Shown here: positions 43,431-51,623 of the stretch, piece by piece
Numbering within the stretch: the first letter of the stretch is position 1
Layout: each line of letters opens with the position of its first letter
NCBI GenBank assembly: GCA_963713435.1
Contig: CAVQLU010000003.1
Span: 524-64,523 of the forward strand
DNA length: 64,000 nucleotides
Direction of reading: 5' to 3'
Source: an uncultured Actinomycetes bacterium
GTDB lineage: Bacteria; Actinomycetota; Thermoleophilia; Gaiellales; JALYLC01
Program-made: the position numbers and the translations under genes
The notes under the pieces: generated by a model
The model's input: only the letters and a program-made list of their open reading frames with translations
Told to the model about the DNA's origin: nothing
The model's database searches: none

Positions 43431-43833
43431 ACGAACGGCTGCGATCGGCGAGCAGCCGCATCAGCAGCACGAGCAGCACCACGACGGCGATCAGGATGGT
43501 GAAGAAGATCGTCACGGGGATCGCGACCACGACCAGGGCGAGCAGGCCCTGGGCGAACGCGACGATCCAGGCGGCCTCGCGCAACATGCCCGGCTTGAGC
43601 TGGCGCCCGACGAAGTAGTAGACGGCCACGGCCAGCAGCCCGAAGAGCACGATCGTGATCGTCGAGGCTCCCCAGAACGCGACTGCCAGGAATTCCAGAG
43701 CTGCCAGCGCAGCGGCGAGCAGCACGCGGCGCTCGCGCAGTCTCCCGTGGAGGCCCGTCGGACCGGGCGGCGGCACCCGTCGCCCGTCGCGATCGACGAC
43801 CACCACGTCTTCAGGCCCGACCTGGTAGCTCAT
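43429..43833 (-). CDS. Small multi-pass membrane protein
   Basis: About four hydrophobic helices; TAGGAT 6 nt before ATG. Confidence 0.75.
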   Translation of the reverse strand: MSYQVGPEDVVVVDRDGRRVPPPGPTGLHGRLRERRVLLAAALAALEFLAVAFWGASTITIVLFGLLAVAVYYFVGRQLKPGMLREAAWIVAFAQGLLALVVVAIPVTIFFTILIAVVVLLVLLMRLLADRSRS

Positions 43834-44697
43834 GGCTTGATCCTAGCGCCAGCGCCGCCCTGCCAGAGGCGGGAGATCGCCGTCCAGGCCACATTGCCCG
43901 CAAGCCGCTCGTACGCCGCTTGCGCCCCACCCTCGCTCGCGAACAGGCCGAAGACGGCGGAGCCGGATCCGCTCACGGCCGCGGCCCTCGCACCCTGCGC
44001 GAGCAGCTGCCCGCGCAGCGCTGCCGTGGGCGGGCAGAGCTCCTCGGCCGCAGGCCCAAGGTCGTTCTCGATCAGGGACGCCAGCAGCTCGACGTCAGCC
44101 GTCGCGAAGGGCTCGGCGCTCAGGGCAGCAGCGCGCTCACCCGCTCCCTCGCTCGGCCGGTAGCGCGCGTAGACATCCGCCGTGGCGAGCGCCTGACCCG
44201 GCCAGGCTGCGACGATCCAGCCCTGCGCCCCGAGCGGGCAGGCCTCGAGCCGCTCGCCGCGGCCCCGCGCCAGTGCCGATTCGAGGCCTGAGGCGAAGAA
44301 CGGGACGTCGGAGCCCACCGCAGCGGCGAGCTCGACCAGCTCGCCGTCAGCCAGCGGCGCGGGCAGCGTCGCGTTGGCCAGCTGCAGGGCGGCGCCCGCA
44401 TCGGCGCTCCCGCCGCCGAGCCCGGCGCCGACGGGCGCGAGCTTGTGGATCCGCACGCGCCAGCCCCCGGCGTGAGCCGGCACGCGCTGCGAGCAGCTCG
44501 AGCGCGCGCGTGACGAGCGTGTCGCCGCCGGTCAGGCCGGCCGCCTCGACGTGCGTGACCGCCGCGGGCTCGAGCTCGACGGTGTCGCCGGCGGACAGTC
44601 GCGCGAGCACCGTCGCGAGCTCGTGATAGCCATCTGCTCGGCGGGGGCCGACACGCAGGCTGAGATTGATCTTGACGCCGGCGATCACGTCAGGCAC
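43830..44697 (-). CDS. ispE: 4-diphosphocytidyl-2-C-methyl-D-erythritol kinase (frameshift ~44480)
   Basis: KINLSL..DGYHEL, PVGAGLGGGSADA, GSDVPFF, VSGSGS. Confidence 0.92.
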
Positions 44698-45523
44698 CGG
44701 CTCGCGCCAGGCGCGCGAAGGCCTCCGCGGGCAACGCCTCGGCGCGCGCGCCCGGATCGACGCCGGCGAGCGCGCAGGCTGCGTCCACGGCGCGGCGATC
44801 CTCGCGCCACCCGGCCAGCGTGAGCGCGTTCGCGATCGTCTTGCGGCGATACGCGAAGGCGGCACGCACGGTCGCCACGATCTGCGGCCAGTCGCCGGCC
44901 AGGCCCTTCCACTCGGCGCGGCGCGCGAACGCGACGAGCGTGGAGTCGACGTTCGGCACGGGGACGAAGACGCTGCGCGAGACGGCGTGGCGCCCGCTCG
45001 GCTCGAGCGCCAGTGCGCAGAGCACGCTCGGCCCCCCGTAGAGCGCGTCGCCCGGCCCGGCGGTGAGCCGCTCTGCGATCTCGCGCTGGACGAGCACGCA
45101 CCAGCGCCGCACCCCGGGGAGACCGCCGATGGAGTCGAGTAGGAGCGGCGCCGCGACGTGGTAGGGCAGGTTGGCGACGAAGGCCGTCGGCGGCGGCTCG
45201 AAGGCGTCCAGCGCCATGCGCATGGCGTCGCCCCAGTGCACGGTCACGTTGCTCGAGCCCTCCAGCGTGCGCGTCAGCGCCTCCTCGAGGCGCCGGTCGA
45301 TCTCGACCGCGTGCACGTGCGCGCAGAGACCTGCCAGGTGCGCTGTCAGCGTGCCGACACCGGCGCCGATCTCGAGGGCGACGTCATCCGGCTCGAGCGC
45401 CGCGAGGCGCTCGATCACGCCCAGCAGGTTGTCGTCGACGAGGAAGTGCTGCCCGAGTTCCTTGTCCGGCCGCAGCCCGAGCTCGGCCAGGCGCGCGAGC
45501 GTGACCTGGCGCGGCGTGCTCAC
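44690..45523 (-). CDS. rsmA: 16S rRNA dimethyladenosine transferase
   Basis: LGQHFL, LEIGAGVG, VANLPY, VQREIAERL, RRKT. Confidence 0.95.
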   Translation of the reverse strand: MSTPRQVTLARLAELGLRPDKELGQHFLVDDNLLGVIERLAALEPDDVALEIGAGVGTLTAHLAGLCAHVHAVEIDRRLEEALTRTLEGSSNVTVHWGDAMRMALDAFEPPPTAFVANLPYHVAAPLLLDSIGGLPGVRRWCVLVQREIAERLTAGPGDALYGGPSVLCALALEPSGRHAVSRSVFVPVPNVDSTLVAFARRAEWKGLAGDWPQIVATVRAAFAYRRKTIANALTLAGWREDRRAVDAACALAGVDPGARAEALPAEAFARLARAGA

Positions 45524-46266
45524 GGCAGGGCGAAGACGCGCGCTGCGTTGGCCTGCACGACCGCCGCCAGCTCCGCCTCGCCGACCCCGCGCGCCGCGGC
45601 GACAGCCCTCAGCGTCTCCAGCACGTAGTGCGGGCGGTTCGGCTTGCCGCGGAAGGGCACGGGCGAGAGGTACGGACAGTCGGTCTCGAGCAGCAGCAGC
45701 TCCGCCGGCACGCGCCGCGCGGCGTCCGCGAGCGCCGTCGCCGAGGGGTAGGTGACATTGCCCGCGAACGACGCGTACCAGCCGCGCTCGACGGCCTCGT
45801 CCAGGTGCTCGGGCAGTGAGAAGCAGTGCAGGATCACCGCGGCGCTCGTCTGCCGCAGGACGGCGAGGGTGTCGTCGGCCGCCTCCCGCGTATGGATCAC
45901 GAGCGGCTTGCGGTGACGCTCGGCGAGCTCGACCTGAGCGGCGAAGGCGATCGCCTGGGCCGCATGCGGCGCACGGTCGCGGTAGTAGTCGAGGCCGCAC
46001 TCCCCCACGGCCACGACGGCCGGGTCCGCCAGCAGGGCATCGAGCTGGTCGCGCACCTGCTCGTTCCAGGCCTCGGCGCGGTGCGGGTGCAGTCCGGCGG
46101 TGGCGAAGACGCCGGGGTGGGCGCGCGCCAGGGCGATCGCCTCCTGCGCGAGCTCGGGCGAGTCGCCGATGCAGACGATCTGCCCCACGCCTGCCGTGCG
46201 GGCCTCCGCGATGGCCGCCTCGGCGCCGCCCTCGAGGCCCTGCAGGTGCGCGTGCGTGTCGATCAC
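45520..46266 (-). CDS. tatD: TatD family DNase
   Basis: IDTHAHL, GLHPH, VGECGLDY, IHTREA, LHCF, LETDCPYL. Confidence 0.95.
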   Translation of the reverse strand: MIDTHAHLQGLEGGAEAAIAEARTAGVGQIVCIGDSPELAQEAIALARAHPGVFATAGLHPHRAEAWNEQVRDQLDALLADPAVVAVGECGLDYYRDRAPHAAQAIAFAAQVELAERHRKPLVIHTREAADDTLAVLRQTSAAVILHCFSLPEHLDEAVERGWYASFAGNVTYPSATALADAARRVPAELLLLETDCPYLSPVPFRGKPNRPHYVLETLRAVAAARGVGEAELAAVVQANAARVFALP

Positions 46267-47804
46267 GCCGGGGGCGCGTCGATGCGCGGGAAGAGCTGCG
46301 CGCCCGACGCTTCCACCTTCCGCCCGCTGCCCGTGCCGAGCGCCGCCCGGTCGAAGCCGACGTCGTCGCCCGGCTCGCCCACGGCGGCCAGCATGAGCGG
46401 GGCCTTGGCCGGCAGGAACGGCCACAACAGCACCGCGAGGGTGCGCACGCCCTCGCAGAGCGTCGCCAGCGTCTCGTCGAGCGCCGCCGGGGCGCCGGGC
46501 TCCTCGCTGCGCGCGAGCTCCCACGGCGCGCGCGACTCGACGAAGCGGTTGAGCGCTCGCACGAGCTCCCACACGCGCTCCAGGGCACCCGTGAAGTCGA
46601 GCACCTCGAAGCGGTGCTCGTAGCCGTGGGCGACCTCGCGCGCCAGCTCGACCAGCTCGGGCGCAGAGGGCACCGCGGGAATCACGCCGTCGCGGTAGCG
46701 CGTCACCATCGCGACGCTGCGCGAGACGAGGTTCCCGAGCTCGTTGGCGAGCTCGCCGTGATAGCGGTCGTGCATGCCGGCGTACCCCACGCCACCGTCC
46801 TGGCCGAAGGCGACCTCGCGCAGCAGGTAGTAGCGCAGCGCGTCCGGGCCGTACAGCTCGGAGGCGGGGCGGTAGTCCATCGCGTTGCCGCGCGTCTTGG
46901 ACATGCGGTGGCCGTCCTGCCCGGCGAGCATCCCGTGGATGAACAGCTGCTGCGGCAACTCGTAGCCGGCCGAGAGCAGCATGGCGGGCCAGATCACCGC
47001 GTGGAAGCGCAGGATGTCCTTGCCCAGCAGCTGCCAGCGCGCCGGCCACAGGCGCTCGGTCAGGTCCTCGCCGGGGCGGGCGTAGGTCAGCGCTGATGTG
47101 TAGTTGATGAGCGCGTCGATCCAGACGTAGATCGCCTGGTCGGTGTCCCACGGCAGCGGCACGCCCCAGTGCACCGACTCGCGCGTGATCGAGACGTCGC
47201 GCAGACCGCCTTCGACGTGCGAGCGCACCTCGTTCAGGCGCGTCTGAGGCAGCACGAACGGCGGATCGGCCGCGTAGCGGGCGAGCAGCGCATCGGCATA
47301 GGCCGAGAGGCGGAAGAACGTGTTGCGCTCCTCGGTCCAGGCCGGCACCGTGCCGTGCTCGGGGCAGCGCCCGTCGATCAGGTCGTCCTCGTCGTAGTAG
47401 GCCTCGCAGGCCGTGCAGTAGAGGCCCGAATACGTGCTCTCGTAGAGATCCCCGCGCTCGCGCATGCGCTCCACGAAGCGCTGGACGAACGCCTCGTGCT
47501 CGGGGTCGGTGGTGCGGATGAAGAAGTCGTTCTGGGCCTCGATCTCGCGCGCCAGCTCGCGGAAGCGCTCGGCCACGGGATCGGCCCATTGCTTCGGCGA
47601 GACGCCCGCGGCGGCCGCGGCCTGCGCGACCTTGGCGCCGTGCTCGTCCGTCCCCGTCAGGAAGAACACGTCGGCGCCGCTACGCCGGGCGTGCCGCGTG
47701 GCGACATCGGCCGCGATCGTCGTGTAGGCGTGGCCGAGGTGCGGCTCGCCGTTGACGTAGTAGATCGGGGTCGTGACGTAGTAGGGCTCACCAGGTCGCG
47801 GCAT
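46263..47804 (-). CDS. metG: Methionine-tRNA ligase (short form)
   Basis: TTPIYYVNGEPHLGHAY, GTDEHG, YVWIDAL, GKDILRFH, RMSKT. Confidence 0.97.
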   Translation of the reverse strand: MPRPGEPYYVTTPIYYVNGEPHLGHAYTTIAADVATRHARRSGADVFFLTGTDEHGAKVAQAAAAAGVSPKQWADPVAERFRELAREIEAQNDFFIRTTDPEHEAFVQRFVERMRERGDLYESTYSGLYCTACEAYYDEDDLIDGRCPEHGTVPAWTEERNTFFRLSAYADALLARYAADPPFVLPQTRLNEVRSHVEGGLRDVSITRESVHWGVPLPWDTDQAIYVWIDALINYTSALTYARPGEDLTERLWPARWQLLGKDILRFHAVIWPAMLLSAGYELPQQLFIHGMLAGQDGHRMSKTRGNAMDYRPASELYGPDALRYYLLREVAFGQDGGVGYAGMHDRYHGELANELGNLVSRSVAMVTRYRDGVIPAVPSAPELVELAREVAHGYEHRFEVLDFTGALERVWELVRALNRFVESRAPWELARSEEPGAPAALDETLATLCEGVRTLAVLLWPFLPAKAPLMLAAVGEPGDDVGFDRAALGTGSGRKVEASGAQLFPRIDAPPA

Positions 47805-48637
47805 CAGGGCAGCAGTCTAGGTCGCTCGGGCCCGATGGCCGCCTCGTAGAGCGCGCGTCGCGGAGCGCCCGTGAGCCGGGCCACCAACTCGCTCGCCTTG
47901 CGCGAGGGGAGGCCGAGCGCGACCAGTTCGCGCACGGCGTCCAGCGCCTCGGGCGAAGGCGCGTTGCGGTCGGCCCGCGCTGCCGCGGCGAGCACCAGGC
48001 AGACCTCGCCCTTCTCCATCACGCCGCGCGCGGCGACCTCGCTCGCGCTGCCGTGGACGACCTCCTCGTGCAGCTTCGTCAGCTCGCGCGCGACCGCGAT
48101 CGGGTGCTCCGGCGCCAGGCGCGCCAGATCGGCGAGCGTGGCCGCGAGGCGGCGGGGCGATTCGAAGCAGACGCTCGGCAAGGGCGCAGCGAGCGCAGCG
48201 GCGAGAAAGCGCGCGCGCTCGCCCGCCGCCCGCGGCACCCAGCCGAGGAACGCATAACCCTCGGCGGCCAGGCCGGAGGCCACGAGCGCCGTCTCCACCG
48301 CGCTGGGGCCGGGCAGCACGACGACCTCGCAGCCCGCGGCCAGCGCACGCGCCAGCAGCAGCCGGCCCGGGTCGGCGATCAGCGGCATGCCCGAGTCCGA
48401 CACGAGCGCCACCTGCTCGCCGCCCGCGGCGCGGGCCACCAGGCGGTCGGCGACCTGCGGCTCGCGGCGCTCGTCACAGGCGATGAGCTCGGGAGCGGCG
48501 ATCTCGAGCGCGCTCAGGAGCGCTCGCGTGCGGCGCGTGTCCTCGCACGCGATCACGCTCGCGCCGGCGAGTGCGTCGAGTGCCCGCAGCGTGATGTCGC
48601 GCAGGTTTCCGAGCGGCGTCGGCACGACCGTGAGCAC
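47804..48637 (-). CDS. rsmI: 16S rRNA cytidine-2'-O-methyltransferase
   Basis: PTPLGNLRDITLRA, ACEDTR, VSDSGMPLIADPG, FESPRR, ARELTKLHEE. Confidence 0.95.
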   Translation of the reverse strand: MLTVVPTPLGNLRDITLRALDALAGASVIACEDTRRTRALLSALEIAAPELIACDERREPQVADRLVARAAGGEQVALVSDSGMPLIADPGRLLLARALAAGCEVVVLPGPSAVETALVASGLAAEGYAFLGWVPRAAGERARFLAAALAAPLPSVCFESPRRLAATLADLARLAPEHPIAVARELTKLHEEVVHGSASEVAARGVMEKGEVCLVLAAAARADRNAPSPEALDAVRELVALGLPSRKASELVARLTGAPRRALYEAAIGPERPRLLP

Positions 48638-48706
48638 GGGCTGACGATAGCTCCCGCCCGAAGAGAGACTCGGGGGCCCCTCAGATTGCGCTGGTAGGGT
48701 GCCGCC

Positions 48707-49936
48707 GTGCCCGGGGACGACGCCAAGCGGCCGTTCCGGACGTATCGCGGCCGGGGCAGCCCAGCCGGGGACCCGATCGAGGAGCGGGCGCGCGCCGGAG
48801 CGGCCGGCGCTCCGCCGTCCTCTCCCGTCGAGCCCCCCGTGGCAACGCCGCCCGACCCGCCGGCCGCGCCGCCTGCACCCCCACGGGGCCGCCCGGGGGT
48901 CGTCGTGCTGCCCGACGAGCAGGCGCCCGGCCCGCGGCAACCGCCGTCCCGGCGCCCGCCGCGGCCGAAGCGACGGCGGCTGCCGGTCTGGCGCATCGTC
49001 GCGCTCGCCGTGATCGGCGCACTGCTCGTGCTGGTGCTCTGGGTCGGCTACGGCTACTGGCAGTTCCGCGGCTCCATGGACGCGGCCAACGAGCGCGTCG
49101 GGGCGAGCACGCGCGCCGCGCTCACGCCGGGCGGCTCGCCGCTCTCGGACGCCTCGACCACGCTCGTGCTCGGCTCCGACGTGCGCCCGGGCGGCAGTGA
49201 CGGGCGCTCCGACTCGATCCTGCTCGTGCGCGTCGACCCGGGGCGGAACACCATCGCCCAGCTCTCGATACCGCGCGATCTGCGCGTCACGATTCCGGGC
49301 CACGGGGACGACCGCATCAACGCGGCCTACACGCTGGGCGGCCCGGCACTCGCGATCAAGACCGTGCAGGACCTGACCGGCATTCCCATCAACCACGTCG
49401 TCCAGGTCGACTTCGCGGGCTTCCGCGAGCTCGTCGACGCGCTCGGCGGGGTCACGATCGACAACCCGACGAAGATCATCTCGAACAGCTTCGACGGCCA
49501 CCCGTGGCGCTTCGGGCGCGGCCGTCTGCACCTCGACGGCCGCCACGCGCTGGCCTATGCGCGCGTCCGGGAGAACACCGCCGACCCGTCCGACAACGAC
49601 CTCACCCGCGGTCTGCGGCAGCAGCGCGTGCTTCAGGCCATCGCGCACGGGCTGGCCGGCCCTGGCACGCTCTTCCGGCTGCCGAGCGTCGGGCGCACGA
49701 TCGGCAAGCCGCTCACGACCGACCTCTCGGCCAACGACCTGCTGGCCCTCGGCTGGCGTCAGATGCGCGCGAGCAGCACCCTGCACTGCCGCCTGGGCGG
49801 CACCACGACATCGGTGGGCGGCGCCAGCGAGCTGATCGGCGGCGACGAGAACCGCCGCGTCATCCTGGCCGTGCTCGGCAAGTCCGCGCCGGTCGCGGCC
49901 ACGCCCGGCGACACGTTCTCGGCCGGCTGCACCTAG
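48707..49936 (+). CDS. LCP (LytR-CpsA-Psr) family glycopolymer transferase
   Basis: Pro-rich N-terminus, TM, LVLGSD, RSDSI, SIPRD, RINAAY, ALAYARVR, DLTRGLRQQ. Confidence 0.92.
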   Translation: MPGDDAKRPFRTYRGRGSPAGDPIEERARAGAAGAPPSSPVEPPVATPPDPPAAPPAPPRGRPGVVVLPDEQAPGPRQPPSRRPPRPKRRRLPVWRIVALAVIGALLVLVLWVGYGYWQFRGSMDAANERVGASTRAALTPGGSPLSDASTTLVLGSDVRPGGSDGRSDSILLVRVDPGRNTIAQLSIPRDLRVTIPGHGDDRINAAYTLGGPALAIKTVQDLTGIPINHVVQVDFAGFRELVDALGGVTIDNPTKIISNSFDGHPWRFGRGRLHLDGRHALAYARVRENTADPSDNDLTRGLRQQRVLQAIAHGLAGPGTLFRLPSVGRTIGKPLTTDLSANDLLALGWRQMRASSTLHCRLGGTTTSVGGASELIGGDENRRVILAVLGKSAPVAATPGDTFSAGCT

Positions 49937-49964
49937 ACGTTCGAGAGGCGCGCCGGGCGGAGCG

Positions 49965-50354
49965 TCAGGAAGCGGTCTTGTCCGGCTTCTTGGACGACGA
50001 GCCGTCGCCGCCCGAGCTCTTGGACTCGGACTTCTTGGACTCGGAGCTCTTGGAATCCGACCCCTTGGACTCCGACTTCGAGTTGCCGTCTCCCGAGGAT
50101 GCCGCCGCGCTCTCCTTCGAGCCCGAATCCGACGAGCTGCCCGACTCGGAGGCCTTGTCGCCGTTGGCGCTCTTGCCGCCCTTGCCGTAATCCGTCGCGT
50201 AGAAGCCCTTGCCCTTGAAATGAATCGAGGGCGCGTGCAGCACGCGCTGCGCCGGCTTGCCGCAGACCTCACACTTGGTCAGGGCCTCGTCGGCGAACTT
50301 CTGCACGACGTCGACACGGTGGCCGGCCGTGCACAGATACTCGTAGATCGGCAT
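49965..50354 (-). CDS. FmdB family zinc-ribbon protein
   Basis: MPIYEYLC..GH, CEVCG, FKGKGFYATDY, Ser/Lys-rich tail. Confidence 0.9.
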   Translation of the reverse strand: MPIYEYLCTAGHRVDVVQKFADEALTKCEVCGKPAQRVLHAPSIHFKGKGFYATDYGKGGKSANGDKASESGSSSDSGSKESAAASSGDGNSKSESKGSDSKSSESKKSESKSSGGDGSSSKKPDKTAS

Positions 50355-50453
50355 TGCGACCGCAGTATATCCCGAGCTTCCCCGATTCACTGGCACTCTC
50401 GCGTCGAGAGTGCCAAGAAGCGGAGAGCCGGATATGCTGGCCCGCGCCCCGGC

Positions 50454-51623
50454 ATGCGGATCGCCATCGTCACCGATTACTACTACCCGATGCTTGGCGG
50501 CATCACCGAGCACGTCCACGGTCAGGCGCGCGAGCTCGCACGGCGCGGCCACGAGGTCACGGTCGTGACAGGCAATCTCCTGCGCACGCCGCCGATCGCC
50601 GACCAGGACGCCCGGCCTGTCGTCGACGAAGGGTTCGAGGTCGTGCGCCTCGGCGTCGGCGTGCCGCTCTACGGCAACGCCTCGCAGACCATCCACACCG
50701 TGCCGGCCGGACTCGTGCTGCAGCTGAAACGGCTCTTCAAGCGGCTCGACGTCGACGTCGTGCACCTGCACGCCCCCTACAACCCGAGCATGTGCGCGAT
50801 CGCGCCCCTGGCCATCCCGAAGGGCGCGGTGGGCGTCGCCACCTACCACTCGGTCTTCGCGCCGGGCGTCCTGCTCGACGTCTTCGCGCCCATTCTGCGG
50901 CGCTGGCTCGGCAAGCTCGATGCGCACGTCGTCGTCTCCGAGGCCTGCATCGGCTCGCTCGCGCCGTACTTCCCGTTCGACTACCGCATCATCCCGAACG
51001 GCATCGACGACCGGCACTTCTCGCCCGACGCCGAGCCTCTGCCCGAGTTGCGCGAGGGCGGCAAGCCGGTGATCCTCTTCCTCGGGCGCTTCGATCCGCG
51101 CAATGGACTGCCGACGATGCTCGAAGCGTTCCAGCAGGTACATGCCGAGCACGAGGGAGCGGTGCGGTTGTGCATCGTCGGTGACGGGCCGCTGGGCAAC
51201 GTCTACCGTCGCAAGCTGCCCGAGCGCGTGGCCGGCGATGTCATCTGGGCCGGGCGCGTCGACTGGTCGCGCCCGCGCTACTACGCGTCCGCCGACATCC
51301 ACTGCACGCCCTGCCAGCGCGCGTCGTTCGGCATGGTGCTGCTGGAGGCCATGAGCACCGGGCGCCCGGTCGTCGCGAGCCGCATCTCGGGCTTCCAGCT
51401 GCTCATGGAGCACGGCAAGCAGGGGCTCATGGTGAGCCCGGCCGATGCCGCGAGCCGCTTCGCGCAGGCGCTCCTCTACCTGCTCGACCGCCCCGCCGAG
51501 CGCGCCCGCATGGGTCGCGAGGGGCGCATGACCGCCGTCACGCGCTATGCCTGGTCGAGCGTCGCCGTGCAGCTCGAGCACCTCTACGAAGAGCTGCTGG
51601 CCGGCAAGCGGGGCGCCAGATGA
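50454..51623 (+). CDS. GT4 glycosyltransferase (PimA/PIG-A-like)
   Basis: DYYYPMLGGITEHV, IIPNGID, LFLGRFDPRNG, SFGMVLLEAM..G.PVVAS. Confidence 0.9.
   Translation: MRIAIVTDYYYPMLGGITEHVHGQARELARRGHEVTVVTGNLLRTPPIADQDARPVVDEGFEVVRLGVGVPLYGNASQTIHTVPAGLVLQLKRLFKRLDVDVVHLHAPYNPSMCAIAPLAIPKGAVGVATYHSVFAPGVLLDVFAPILRRWLGKLDAHVVVSEACIGSLAPYFPFDYRIIPNGIDDRHFSPDAEPLPELREGGKPVILFLGRFDPRNGLPTMLEAFQQVHAEHEGAVRLCIVGDGPLGNVYRRKLPERVAGDVIWAGRVDWSRPRYYASADIHCTPCQRASFGMVLLEAMSTGRPVVASRISGFQLLMEHGKQGLMVSPADAASRFAQALLYLLDRPAERARMGREGRMTAVTRYAWSSVAVQLEHLYEELLAGKRGAR

Noticed and set aside
50015..50082. 15-nt imperfect tandem repeats
   Set aside because: They encode the low-complexity KSESK tail typical of FmdB proteins.
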